A stretch of DNA of 63,518 nt, filler included, from Squatina squatina (taxonomy: Eukaryota): NCBI GenBank assembly GCA_031763465.1. It is 3 parts of 3 records of this genome, joined end to end, with 100 filler letters (N's around TTAATTAATTAA, not from the genome) between each part and the next. Parts side by side here need not be neighbours in the genome. Positions count along the whole stretch, not along the records: positions 1 to 19,012 come from JARFOE010000149.1; 2 more parts are not named here. One strand, written 5' to 3'. Shown here one piece after another: positions 1 to 11,764 of this stretch. Made by a program: the position numbers and the translations under genes. The notes under the pieces are model-generated. The model was given only the letters and a program-made list of their open reading frames with translations, did no database searches and had not been told where the DNA came from. How positions within the stretch are numbered: the first letter of the stretch is position 1; every line of letters begins with the position of its first letter.

Positions 1-1241
1 TTTGCATAAAAGAGTTCCAAACTTCTACCACTCTGTGTGTATGGAAATGTTTCCTAATTTCACTCCTGAAAAGGTCTGGCTCTAATTTTTAGGCTATGCC
101 TCCTAGTCAGATACTCCCCAGCTAGCAGAAATACTTTCTCTCTATCTACACTGTCTGTTCCCCCTAATACCTTGAAAACTTTGCTAAAATCACCCCTTAA
201 TTTTCGAAATTCCAGACAATACTACCCTAGTTTGTGAAATCTCTCTTGGCATTTATCCCTTGGAGTCCCTTGGTGCACTCCCTCCAAAGCCAATAGATCC
301 TTCCTAAAAGGTGTGGTGCCCAGAACTGAACACAGTATTCAAGTTGTGGTTTAACTACGGCTTTGCATAGCTGTAACCTGACTTCTTGTATTCTAGTCCT
401 CCAGATATAAAGCCCAGCATTCCATTAGCCTTCTTGATTAGTTTTTGCACCTGTCCATGACATTTTAATGATCGATGCACATGAACCCTGAAGTCTCTTT
501 GCTTCTAGTGTTTTACCATTGAGAAAGTATTCGGATTTATCCTTTTTAGGTCATCACACTTGCCTACATTGAAATCCATTTGCCACAGTTTTGCCCATTC
601 ACTTTAGCCTATTAATATTTATTTGTAAGCAGTGTAGGTGGAAGCATAAAAGTACAATGTCACCTATCTTTGTGTCATCTGCAAATTTGGATATGTGGCT
701 CTCTACCCCATCATCCAAGTCATTAATAAATACTGTGAATCATTGAGGCCCCTGTGGGACACCATTAGTCACATCCTGCGAGTTAGAATACCTGTCCATT
801 AGCCCTACTCTCTGCCTCCTGCTGCTCAGCCAATTTCCTAACCAGGTCGACAATTAGCCTTCAATTCCATGAGCTTCTACTTTAGTTAACAGTCTCGTGA
901 GGGACTTTATCGAATGCCTGGAACATCCATAGACATTCCCCTGTCCACCTCTTTGACAAAATTCAATCAGGCATGACCTACCCTTTATAAATCGTCAGCT
1001 GAAAATGTTCAAGGTGTTTAGTTACTCTATCCTTAATTACAGATTCTAGTAATTTCCCAACCACAGATGTTAGTCTAATTTGTTTCCCTTTCACACCTTT
1101 CTGAAATAGCGGAGTGATGTAAAATTTTCCAATCTAAAGGAAAAGTTCCTGAATCAAGAGAACTTTGGAAGATTATAGTTAGGGCATCTGCAATGTGCTC
1201 ACCTACTTCCTTCAAAACCCTGGGATGGAAACCATCTGGTC
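1..1241 (-). mobile_element. CR1-clade LINE, degenerate ORF2 (RT) and 3' part
   Basis: Minus-strand translation gives PDGFHPRVLKEVGEHIADALTIIFQSSLDSG..PLDWK, a typical CR1 RT segment. Many stops and frameshifts. Confidence 0.85.
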
Positions 1242-1488
1242 NNNNNNNNNNNNNNNNNNNNNNNNNNNNNNNNNNNNNNNNNNNNNNNNNNNNNNNNNNN
1301 NNNNNNNNNNNNNNNNNNNNNNNNNNNNNNNNNNNNNNNNNAAAGCTGTTTTGCTTTTCAGCAAATGTGAAATTTGACAAGCTTTGCATCCTGTAGCCAC
1401 ATAAGTTACGCACAACCCTTTAATTATGGGTCTATTTCACCCCTCTCTCTATACGTACCTAATCCAAATCTCTGTTTTGTCACACCAG

Positions 1489-1699
1489 GCACTGATCCCG
1501 TCACACAGGTGCTGCGTTTCGCGAAGGAGTGCCGGGGGAGCACAGACCACCTGGATATGGTGTCCCTGGGTCGGGACCAGGGGCTCATCGCAGAGGAGCT
1601 GATCCATAATGCACAGCGCCGCAGGGGACGCTGGGTTTTCCTGCAGAACTGTCACCTGGCCACATCCTTCATGCCAAAGCTCCAGGCCATTGTCGAGTC
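1489..1699 (+). CDS. DNAH14: Single internal exon of an axonemal dynein heavy chain (AAA6 region), DNAH14-like
   Basis: Acceptor ttttgtcacaccag|1489, donor 1699|gtgagt, 211 nt. Encodes GTDPVTQVLRFAKECRGSTDHLDMVSLGRDQGLIAEELIHNAQRRRGRWVFLQNCHLATSFMPKLQAIVES. WVFLQNCHLA is the dynein motif; LGRDQ and LATSFMP are DNAH14-like (most paralogues have LGQGQ/SWM). Confidence 0.8.
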
Positions 1700-1709
1700 G
1701 TGAGTTCCT

Positions 1710-2035
1710 CCAACATAACCCGTCACCCAAAGAGGGAAACAGATCAAGGGCTCGGGCCTTGATTGTGGACATTGATTTGGGTGTGAACACTGATTTGAGG
1801 AGATAACAAGGAGGGTCGATGAGGGTAGTGCGTTTGATGTACTCTGCATAGATTTTAGTAAGGCCTTTGACAAGATCCCACATGGCAGACTGGTCAGAAA
1901 AGTAGAAGTCCAAGGCAAAGTGGCAAGTTGGATCCAAAATTGACTCAGTGACAGGAAGCTTTTGTGACTGGAGGGCTGTTTCCAGTGGGGTTCCGCAGAG
2001 CTTAGTAGAGGCCCCTTGCTTTTTGTGGGATAAAT
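1710..2035 (+). mobile_element. CR1 LINE RT fragment
   Basis: gattttagtaaggcctttgacaagatcccacatggcagactg reads DFSKAFDKIPHGRL; later WRAVSSGVPQS. Confidence 0.8.
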
Positions 2036-2135
2036 NNNNNNNNNNNNNNNNNNNNNNNNNNNNNNNNNNNNNNNNNNNNNNNNNNNNNNNNNNNNNNNNN
2101 NNNNNNNNNNNNNNNNNNNNNNNNNNNNNNNNNNN

Positions 2136-2318
2136 AATTCAGTTAAATAAAAAATAATCTGGAATTTAAATAAAAAGCTCGTGTCAGTAACGGTGGCCAT
2201 GAAAATATCGGATTGTTGTAAAAACCCATCTGCTTCACGAATGTCCTTTAGGGAAGGGAATCTGCCATCCTTACCTGGTTTGGCCTATATGTGACTCCAG
2301 ATCCACAGCAATGTGGCC
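2136..2318 (+). mobile_element. SINE central domain (MetaSINE-like, tentative)
   Basis: aaaacccatctg.ttcac.aatgtcctttagggaagggaatctgccatccttacctgg core, repeated at 3913-3970. Family assigned from memory. Confidence 0.55.
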
Positions 2319-2319
2319 T

Positions 2320-2660
2320 GGTAGGGCTTCCTCTGGGAATTGAACATATCTGCAAGAATAAAGAGAGGCCATGCAGAGCAGGACAAGCTGCTAGAAGGGG
2401 GAGGAGGAGGAAGGGGAGCAGTGTTCTCAGCAGGAGGTCATATCTGCTGAGGGTATTCAGGGAGCAATTCTCTTACCTGAACTTCAGTGAGGACCGATGC
2501 ATGAGATATCTTTGCTTTACAAAAGAGGTCCTGAGTGTAATCTGTCAATTGCTGCAGCCACAACTGCAGCCTCAAAACAGGGCAAGGGCAACATTGGCTG
2601 TGGCTGTCATGGTGACCGTGGCTCTTAATCTTTACACAACTGGCTCCTTTCAAACTGTGC
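2320..2660 (+). mobile_element. PIF/Harbinger transposase (HARBI1-like) N-terminal remnant
   Basis: RVFREQFSYLNFSEDRCMRYLCFTKEVLSVICQLLQPQLQP..TLAVAVMVTVALNLYTTGSFQT; homologous to the copy at 29335-30200. Confidence 0.8.
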
Positions 2661-2978
2661 AAAGCCCTGTGCCAAGTTGGAGCTGGACTTCTCCATGCTC
2701 CTTGACATTGTGCACAGGCTTACTGTCAGGCTTTAGAGTGCACAAAGCATTTGGTTATATATACACCCATCAGCCTTCTTGTGCAGCCTGGCCCATTGAA
2801 ATCCTCATCTGATTTCTCTGCAGCAGAACTAGTGTGCGACCTCACCCTCTGGTGAGCCAGCACCTATGCTATCCTTTCCAGTGTCAGTCTCTGAGCTGGT
2901 GGCTGTGAGTGTAAGATTGGGTGACAGTGTCTCTTCATCTTCACTGTATTCTTCCTCTTCCTCCTCTGAAGGTCCCAG
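2660..2978 (-). mobile_element. Possible remnant of the Harbinger second ORF (acidic, low-complexity region of the Myb/SANT-like partner)
   Basis: Convergent to the transposase remnant; acidic GPSEEEEEEYSEDEETLS..SSETDT. No Myb domain is visible. Confidence 0.4.
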
Positions 2979-3224
2979 NNNNNNNNNNNNNNNNNNNNNN
3001 NNNNNNNNNNNNNNNNNNNNNNNNNNNNNNNNNNNNNNNNNNNNNNNNNNNNNNNNNNNNNNNNNNNNNNNNNNNNNNCTAGCATTTGGTACTGATGCAC
3101 ACCTGTGAAAGAGCCATTGTAAATATTCAAGTATATTCAGCAGGACTATTAAGTAGTAAGTGAACAAGTGTGCTATTTCATTGAGAATAGAATTTCAAAT
3201 TCATACTTTTTGCAATTTAAGGCA

Positions 3225-3380
3225 ATTTAAGTTGTGGTCAAAGCTGGGTATAAAATGCTGCTTATACTTCCTCTACCGGAGGAAAGCAACTTACTTTAGT
3301 TTTTCTTCACAAATTATTATCTAAGATCTGAAACGGATGTAAAGCATGATGGGTTTTTGAAATATCTCATTTCCTCATGA
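3225..3380 (+). promoter_or_regulatory. Putative BIN2 proximal promoter
   Basis: RUNX TGTGGT 3233-3238, TATAAAA 3249-3255, ETS-type ACTTCCTC 3266-3273, GGAGGAAAG about 3278, ATTTCCTCAT about 3369; all within about 250 nt of the ATG. Confidence 0.5.
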
Positions 3381-3475
3381 GCAGAGAGGCTGAGAGTAGA
3401 CCTGGGGCAACCTGACACAAGCCAGACACAGGCAGACAGACAGACACAGAGCCAGAGCGACAGAACACAGGTGAA

Positions 3476-3559
3476 ATGGCTGAGACTCCGAATAAAGCTG
3501 GAGGAGCCGGACTGTTTGCCAAACACGTACAAAAGAGATTCATGAGAGCACAAGAAATG
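3476..3559 (+). CDS. BIN2: First coding exon of bridging integrator 2 (N-BAR amphipathic helix)
   Basis: ATG 3476, donor 3559|gtaaca, phase 0. Encodes MAETPNKAGGAGLFAKHVQKRFMRAQEM, matching the BIN2 N-terminus ([27 protein letters not shown]). Too short for the ORF track. Confidence 0.85.
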
Positions 3560-3912
3560 GTAACAAATCCTTTTCCTCCCTGTTACATTCAAGTCTAGAT
3601 TGTTTAGAACGTGACGCATTTTCCGTTGCTGACATGCTAACCTATTTGTGAAAGAAAAGATTCCAGCAAATGATGTGAGTGTTTCCATGTTGTTCCAGGT
3701 GTGTGCCATTCTCTGGTTGATTTTCCTGTTAACTTTTGCAATTGTTCCAATTTGCGGGCAGGTTCAGTACAAAGAAGGATGCCCTTTACCTGATGAGGTC
3801 AATCCTGTTATANNNNNNNNNNNNNNNNNNNNNNNNNNNNNNNNNNNNNNNNNNNNNNNNNNNNNNNNNNNNNNNNNNNNNNNNNNNNNNNNNNNNNNNN
3901 NNNNNNNNNNNN

Positions 3913-4075
3913 AAAACCCATCTGGTTCACTCAAGTCCTTTAGGGAAGGGAATCTGCCATCCTTACCTGGTTGACTCTTAACTGCCCTCTGAAATGGCTT
4001 AGCAAACCACTCAAGGGCAATTAGAATGGGCAATAAATGCTCCCCTTGCCAGCAGCTCCCACATCCTGAGAATTA
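3913..4075 (+). mobile_element. SINE 3' half with LINE-derived tail
   Basis: Same core as 2136-2318, ending caagggcaattagaatgggcaataaatgc, a tail shared with the LINE at 8500-10478. Confidence 0.65.
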
Positions 4076-4225
4076 ATTTTTAAAAAACACCATATTATGG
4101 ACCTCTCTGTTACTGGCAAACAGGAAAACATTTCATTTTGTTATTTAAATTCTAAAAACACAAGGTTATTCCAAGCTCACTTAGACCTGCACTATCACCT
4201 GCAAAATTGCAATAAATATCTTTTC

Positions 4226-4558
4226 AGGCTTGTATTCCCTTGGGTATAGAAGATTAAGGAGTGATCTAATTGAGGTGTTTAACATGATTAAAGGATTTGA
4301 TGGGGTAGATAGAGAGAAACTATTCCTCCTGTTGGGAGAGTCCAGAACAATAGGGCATAAACTTAAAATTAGAGCTCGGCTCGGTGGTGATGTCAGGAAG
4401 CATTTCTTCACACAAAGGCTAGTGGAAATCTGGAACTCTCTCCCACCCCCCAAAAAAAGCTGTTCAGGCTAGACCAACTGAAAATGTTCAAACTGAGATT
4501 AATAGATTTTTGCTGGCACGGGTATCAAGAGTTACAGAACCATGGTGGTCGATGAAGT
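4226..4558 (+). mobile_element. CR1 LINE ORF2 C-terminus
   Basis: YSLGYRRLRSDLIEVFNMIKGFDGVDREKLF..RTIGHKLKI..RKHFFTQRLVEIWNSLP. Confidence 0.9.
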
Positions 4559-5431
4559 NNNNNNNNNNNNNNNNNNNNNNNNNNNNNNNNNNNNNNNNNN
4601 NNNNNNNNNNNNNNNNNNNNNNNNNNNNNNNNNNNNNNNNNNNNNNNNNNNNNNNNNNNNNNNNNNNNNNNNNNNNNNNNNNNNNNNNNNNNNNNNNNNN
4701 NNNNNNNNNNNNNNNNNNNNNNNNNNNNNNNNNNNNNNNNNNNNNNNNNNNNNNNNNNNNNNNNNNNNNNNNNNNNNNNNNNNNNNNNNNNNNNNNNNNN
4801 NNNNNNNNNNNNNNNNNNNNNNNNNNNNNNNNNNNNNNNNNNNNNNNNNNNNNNNNNNNNNNNNNNNNNNNNNNNNNNNNNNNNNNNNNNNNNNNNNNNN
4901 NNNNNNNNNNNNNNNNNNNNNNNNNNNNNNNNNNNNNNNNNNNNNNNNNNNNNNNNNNNNNNNNNNNNNNNNNNNNNNNNNNNNNNNNNNNNNNNNNNNN
5001 NNNNNNNNNNNNNNNNNNNNNNNNNNNNNNNNNNNNNNNNNNNNNNNNNNNNNNNNNNNNNNNNNNNNNNNNNNNNNNNNNNNNNNNNNNNNNNNNNNNN
5101 NNNNNNNNNNNNNNNNNNNNNNNNNNNNNNNNNNNNNNNNNNNNNNNNNNNNNNNNNNNNNNNNNNNNNNNNNNNNNNNNNNNNNNNNNNNNNNNNNNNN
5201 NNNNNNNNNNNNNNNNNNNNNNNNNNNNNNNNNNNNNNNNNNNNNNNNNNNNNNNNNNNNNNNNNNNNNNNNNNNNNNNNNNNNNNNNNNNNNNNNNNNN
5301 NNNNNNNNNNNNNNNNNNNNNNNNNNNNNNNNNNNNNNNNNNNNNNNNNNNNNNNNNNNNNNNNNNNNNNNNNNNNNNNNNNNNNNNNNNNNNNNNNNNN
5401 NNNNNNNNNNNNNNNNNNNNNNNNNNNNNNN

Positions 5432-6052
5432 GCATACATGATACTTGTCTTTATTAGCTGAGGCATAGAATATAAGAGCAGGGATGCTGTGCTTGAACTG
5501 TATAAAACACTAGTTAGGCCACAGCTAGAGTACTGCATGCAATTCTGGTCAACACATTACAAAAAAGATTTGATTGCTCTAGAGAGGGTACAGAGGAGAT
5601 TTACGAGGATGTTGCATGGACTGGAGAATTTTAACTATGAGGAAAGATTGGATATGCTGGGGTTGTTTTCTCTCCAACAGAGGAGGTTGAGGGGAGACAT
5701 AATTGAGGTGTATAAAATTATAAGGGACCTATTTCCCATAGCAGTGAGGTCAATAACCAGGGGACATTGATTTAAAGTAAGTGGTAGGAGGTTTAGAGGG
5801 GAGTTGAGGAGAAATTGTTTCACCCAGAGTGGTGAGGGTCTGGAACTCACTGCCTGAAAGGGTGGTAGAGGCAGAAACCCTCATCGTATTTAAAAAGTGC
5901 TTGGATGTGCACCTTGAAGTGCCGTAACCCACAGGGCTACAGACCAAGAGCTGGAAAGTGGGATTAGGCTGGATAGCAAAACTTTGTTGGCCAACACGGA
6001 CATGATGGGCCGAATGGCCTCCTTCAGTGCTGTAAATTTCTATGATCCTATG
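5432..6052 (+). mobile_element. CR1 LINE 3' end
   Basis: LELYKTLVRPQLEYCMQFWS..LERVQRRFTRM..RRLRGDIIEVYKI; 3' tail gggccgaatggcctcct..ttctatgatcctatga. Confidence 0.9.
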
Positions 6053-6159
6053 AACAGTGGTAAATCATTCATTGTATGTGAAACATTTTGAGAGACGTGA
6101 TGTACAATTACGTTATAGAGAGTAGAAGTGAGACATTAAGATATAATTCATAGCACCCT

Positions 6160-6365
6160 AGTATGATACGGCACAGAAGGAGACCATTCAACCCATTTTC
6201 CCTGTGCCAGCTCTTTGGTTGAGCTATCCAATCAGTCTCAATTCCTTGCTCTTTTCAGATAGCCCTGTAATTTTTTTCCCTTCAAGTATTTAACCAATTC
6301 CCTTTTGAAAATTACTATTGAATCTGCTTCCACCGCTCCTTCAGGTAGTGCATTCCAGGTTGTAA
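6160..6365 (-). mobile_element. CR1 LINE 3' end
   Basis: Reverse complement carries the CR1 tail and tggaatgcactacctgaag (WNALPE). Confidence 0.7.
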
Positions 6366-6566
6366 CAGATTTGGACAGATTCTTAGCCTTCTGTTACGAG
6401 TATTCATGTTCACTTTGTGGCCAAATGACTATCTGGAGATGTAGAAACTGGGTCTCAACTTTCATGCTGTATTGAGGGGTTCAGGGCAGGAATAAAATGT
6501 CCTCAACCTTAAATGGAAAGGGTCTGTTCTGATTCTGACCTCGCTTTTCTCCATTGTGACCTGCAG

Positions 6567-6757
6567 AAACACGGGGAGGAGGAGGTGGCATCTCACCACG
6601 AAGCTGCGTTTCCAATAGCGGTGGTTGCTTCAGGAATCTGGGAGTCTCACCCGAAGGTTGGCGATCTTTTCTTGGCCCACTTGCACCGAAAGTGCCCCTA
6701 CGCGGTACCATTTTTCCCTTCGTGGAAAGACGGGCTACCAAAGGAAGAATACCAAAG
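6567..6757 (+). CDS. GLE1: Single internal exon of mRNA export factor GLE1
   Basis: Acceptor ttttctccattgtgacctgcag|6567, donor 6757|gtagaa, 191 nt. Encodes [64 protein letters not shown], near-identical to vertebrate GLE1. Confidence 0.93.
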
Positions 6758-7109
6758 GTAGAAGTCCCTGAGCAACATTACGCCCTCCAAAATGCAAGTG
6801 TAACTGATCTGATTCCTGCTTCTGTCTACCAGGTGGTTATTAGTCAAAGCCAGTCTGGTATTCACAAATATGCCGACTACAACTGCTAGGCACTTGGTCG
6901 GTAGTCTACCAGTCTCCCGCTCAAATTCCCTTGTTGTGTCGGGGTGTTCTACCTCTGAGAAGTGAATGTCGATTTACTTGACTTTCCTGCGCTCCCCCCA
7001 TTGACTGTTCAGTGTGCAATCGCCTGTGATCCTGGAGAGGTTCAGGCACTGATTGCTTTGTTCCCTGCTGAAGAAAGCCATTCTGCAGTCTCGGATTCCC
7101 CTGTCGGGA

Positions 7110-7657
7110 AACCATAAACCTAAGAAATAGGAGCAGGAGTCGGCCATCCGGCCCCTCGAACCTGCTCCACCATTCAACTAGATCATGGCTGATCTTCAAC
7201 CTCAATGCCATTTTCCTGCATTATCTCCATAATCCCTTGATATCTTTAATATCTAGAAATCTATCGATCTCTGGCTTGGATATATTCAACGACTGAGCCT
7301 CCACAGCCCTCTGGGGTAGAGAATTTCAAAGATTCACCACCCTCCGAGTGAAGAAATTTCTCCTCATCTCCGTCCTAAATGGCCTGTCCCTTATTCTGAG
7401 ACTGTGTCCCTCAGTCAGAGGAAACGTCCTTCATGCATCTACCCTGTCGAGCCCTGTAAGAATTTTGTATGTTTCAATGAAATCCCCTCTCATTCTTCTA
7501 AACTCCAGAGAATACAGGCCTCGTCTACTCGATCTCTCCTCATAGGACAATCCTGCCATCCCAGGAATGAGTCTGGTGAGCCTTTGTTGCACTCCCTCTA
7601 TGGCAAGTATATCCTTCCTTAGGCAAGGAGACCAATACTGTACACAATACTCCAGGT
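7110..7657 (-). mobile_element. CR1 LINE 3' end
   Basis: LEYCVQYWSPCLRKDILAIEGVQQRLTRLIPGM..RRMRGDFIETYKILTGLDRVD on the minus strand, plus tail. Confidence 0.9.
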
Positions 7658-8499
7658 CCACAGTATTCCGACCAGGCCAGCCAGTCTGGTCCATCAATGG
7701 GATCGGGAGGACAGAGGTGTTACTGGCAAATGGAATTCTAGCCACCCAACCTCCACACAACCCTGCAAACCAATCCCCTGAAGGGTATGGTGGTCCTAAT
7801 CAGACGAACATCAGGAAACCGATCAGTGCTGTGCTGGGAAACATGTATTTATTTAAGCTGGTTAAACTCCGGCAATAATCAAGAAGGAAAAATTTAATTG
7901 AAGTAGCTTCGATAAATTATGGAAGTGAGATATGAAAAACAAAATCCTTGAGCTAACGTTTCTAATCTTGTCATTCCTCTGCAGTCGAAACCTGTTTCTA
8001 CAATTGGATTTGAAATGAGATTGATGCCCATTCTCTGTTCCCTTCACCTTATTTCCCTCTTTCCCCTGCCCAGTGACCTTGGATTAGGTGACATGGCCAA
8101 CTAGAAAGCCATGTGTGATAGGAGTAAAATAACTGGTCCTTGAGTGTGTGATTAAGTAAAAATTCTATTTACTTCCACGAATGATGTGTGNNNNNNNNNN
8201 NNNNNNNNNNNNNNNNNNNNNNNNNNNNNNNNNNNNNNNNNNNNNNNNNNNNNNNNNNNNNNNNNNNNNNNNNNNNNNNNNNNNNNNNNNNNNNNNNNNN
8301 NNNNNNNNNNNNNNNNNNNNNNNNNNNNNNNNNNNNNNNNNNNNNNNNNNNNNNNNNNNNNNNNNNNNNNNNNNNNNNNNNNNNNNNNNNNNNNNNNNNN
8401 NNNNNNNNNNNNNNNNNNNNNNNNNNNNNNNNNNNNNNNNNNNNNNNNNNNNNNNNNNNNNNNNNNNNNNNNNNNNNNNNNNNNNNNNNNNNNNNNNNN

Positions 8500-10478
8500 C
8501 AATCACTTTTTTTATTTGTTCCAGGGTGTGGGCGTTGTTGGCAAGGCCAACATTTATTGCCCATCCCTAATTGCCCTTGAACCATGGTGGTGAGCCGCCT
8601 TCTTGAACCACTGCAGTCCTTGTGGTGACGGTACTCCCACAGTGCTGTTAGGGATCGAGTTCCAGGGTTTTGACCCAGTGACAATGAAGGAACAACAATA
8701 TATTTCCATGTCACGATGGTGTGTAGCCTGGAGAGGAACTTGCAGGTGATGCCCTTGTCCTTCTAGTTGGTAGAGATTGCTGGCTTGGGAGGTGCTGCCG
8801 AAGAAGCAATGGCGAGTTGCTGCAGTGCATCTTGTAGATGGTACATGGTGCGTGAGTGGTGGAGGGAGTGAATGTTGAAGGTGGTAGCTGGCTGCTTTGT
8901 CCTGGATGGTGTCGAGCTTCTTGAGTGTTGTTGGAGGTGCACTCATCCAGGCAAGTGGAGAATATTCCATCACACTCTTAATTTGTGCTTTTAGATGGTG
9001 GAAAGGCTTTGTGGAGTCAGGAGGTGAGACACTCACCACAGAATATCCAGCCTCTGACCCACTCTTGTTGCCACAGTGTTTATGTGGCTGGTCCAGTTAA
9101 GTTTCTGGTCAATGGTTACGCCCAGGATGTTGATAGTAGGGGATTCTGCCATGGTAATGCTGTTGAATGTCAAGGGGAGGTGGTTAAACTCTCACTTGTT
9201 AGAGATGGTCATTGCCTAGCAACTGTGTGGTACGAATGTTACTTGCCACTTAACANNNNNNNNNNAAAGGCTTTTGGGGAGTTGGGAGGTAAGACATTCA
9301 CCGCAGAATACCCAGCCTCTAACCTACACTTGTAGCCACAATATTTATGTGGCTGGTCCAGTTGAGTTTCTGGTCAGTGGTGACCCCACAGGATGTTGAT
9401 GCCATTGAATGTCAAGGGGAGGTGGTTAGACTCTCTCTTGCTGGAGATGGTCATTGCCTGGCACTTGTGTGACACAAATGTTACTTTTCACTTATCAGCC
9501 CAAGCCTGAATGTTATCCAGGACTTGCTCCATGTGGGCATGGACTGCTTCATTATCTGAGGAGTTGCAAATGGAACTGAACACTGTGCAATCATCAGTGA
9601 ACATCCCCACTTCTGACCTTATGATGGAGGGAAGGTCATTGATAAAGCAGCTGACGAGGGTTGGGCCTAGGACACTGTCCTGAGGAACTCCTGTAGCGAT
9701 GTCCTAGGGCTGGGATGATTGACCTCCAACAACAACAACCATCTTCCTTTGTGCTAGGTATGACTTCAGCCAGTGGAGAATTTTCCCCCTGATTCCCATT
9801 GACTTTAATTTTACTAGGGCTTCTTGATGCTGCACTCGGTCAAATGCTGCTTTGACGTCAAAGGCAGTCACCCTCACCTCAGGAATTCAGCTCTTTTGTG
9901 CATGTTTGGACCAAGGCTTTAATGAGGTCTGGAGCCGAGTGGTCAGGTGGCACCCAAACTGAGTATCAGTGAGCAGGTTGTTGGTGAATAAGTGTCACTT
10001 GATAGCACTGTCGACAACACCTTCCATCACTTTGACAATAATTCAGAGTAGACTGATGGGGCGATAATTGGCCAATTTGGATTTGTCCTGCTTTTTTGTG
10101 GACAGGACATATCTGGGCAATTTTTCACACTGTTGAATAGATGCCAATGTTGTAGCTGTACTGGAACAGCTTGGCTAGTTCTGGAGCACAAGTTTTTAGC
10201 ACTACAGCCGAGATGTTGTTGGGGCAAATGGCTTTTTCTGTATCCAGTGCGCTCAGCCATTTCTTGATAACATGTGGAGTGAATCAAATTGGCTGAAGAC
10301 TGGCTTCTGTGAAGGTGGAGACCTCAGGAGGAAACAGAGATGGATCATCCACTCGGCACTTCTGGCTGAAGCTGGTTGCAAACGCTTCAGCCTTGTCTTT
10401 TGCACTTGCATGTTGGGCTCCACCATCATTGAGGATGGGAATATTCATGGAGCCTCCTCCTCCTGTTAGTTGTTTAAT
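8500..10478 (-). mobile_element. Second CR1-group LINE family, ORF2 RT to 3' end (two copies joined at the 10-N gap)
   Basis: SVMEYSPLAWMSAPPTTLKKLDTIQDKAA; NIPILNDGG..SAKDKAEAFATSFSQKC; tail agggcaattagggatgggcaataaatg. Confidence 0.85.
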
Positions 10479-10578
10479 NNNNNNNNNNNNNNNNNNNNNN
10501 NNNNNNNNNNNNNNNNNNNNNNNNNNNNNNNNNNNNNNNNNNNNNNNNNNNNNNNNNNNNNNNNNNNNNNNNNNNNNN

Positions 10579-11064
10579 CGAATGGGGAGGGTCGCTGCGC
10601 ACTCTGCCAGGCCTCTGGTGGCCTCCACGAGGCCACCAGGGCAGCGTGGTACTGGGCTGTAACCCGACACCCAAAACGGAGTGCCAGGCTGAATGATGGT
10701 GGCCCGTACCATGCAACAGAAAAAGTCGTCGGGCCGACCAGTGAGTCAGCCAAACTGTCAAAATGGCAGCGCGGGGCGATCCACACGCCCCCTTTACCTT
10801 TCGCCCCACAAGCGGATGTCTGATCGGTTCGCGGCTCGCGATGCTGGCGCTGACACCGCCCGCAGCAGGCTCGCGGGGCAATATCCACCACAGGGCAGAA
10901 AGCGGTTGGTGCGCGGCACCACTGTGGCAGCAACTCCGCTAACTCCTGCGCAATTTCGCTGGAGCTGGTAGAGCCCCTGCCCTTGGGTGAAAAATGTTTC
11001 GTGCCCCGTTAGCGCCCTCCCAGAGGCACTAATGGGAGGCGCAAACAATGCGAATTTCTATCCT
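10579..11064 (+). mobile_element. GC-rich non-autonomous DNA transposon (Harbinger-like), right part
   Basis: Terminus gaggcactaatgggaggcgcaaacaatgcgaatttctatcc matches the ends at 58050-58094 and, inverted, 33923-33985. Confidence 0.65.
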
Positions 11065-11764
11065 AAGTGTCCCAAAATGTTGACCGTGAGAAAGACAGAG
11101 TTCCAAAGTGTAGGTCAGGGTACATGAAGTCCTGCTACTGAAGGAGCACATGCACAAGAGGCAGAGTCAGAAGTGCAAAAGATGTGTCTAATCAAGTAGG
11201 ACTTCCCCTGCATTCACTGACTCCCTCATGATGATTGTCAGAAATGTGTAGATTGTGTCTCTCGTGTTATTCTCTGGAAGATAGGACCTGTCCCCGGGAT
11301 TTACTGGTTTTGAACTCTTTAAGCCTGTCCACGATGTCATGAAAGTCATATCAATGTCATTGGGCCAATAATGTGATGCTAGCTGCCCAAACTTTTGGTG
11401 GAAAAACCACAGTCTTGCCACACAGTTGTATCAGTGAGTGATTCAAAACATGGCCAACAAACATTTAGTGCACTGGGAGCTTGAGCAAAAAACATGGGCA
11501 AGGTTCATTAAGGCCCCAGGAAATATTTAAATCAGGTGGTCTACTCATAATGCGGCTGGAGTGTGTGAGCAGTGGTCTAATCACTGACTTCTCATTCAAA
11601 CCAAGTGCTTCAGGGTAGACCATTGAGGCGGAAAGCGAATTTTGATCCAGGCTCTCTCTTGTCTACAGGGCCACCACTGTATATTGTCATCATAGATCGT
11701 GAAAGGAGATTTAAGTCCACAATATTTGCTGGCAGAAGAAATATGGCAGCAGTGATCGGGCAGG

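Noticed and set aside
4488-5538. Long ORFs of about 300 aa (also 8152-8714, 43382-43618 and others)
   Set aside because: Made almost entirely of X from N gaps.
11188-11421. 77-aa minus-strand ORF in non-repeat-looking sequence
   Set aside because: No recognisable domain or convincing splice sites.
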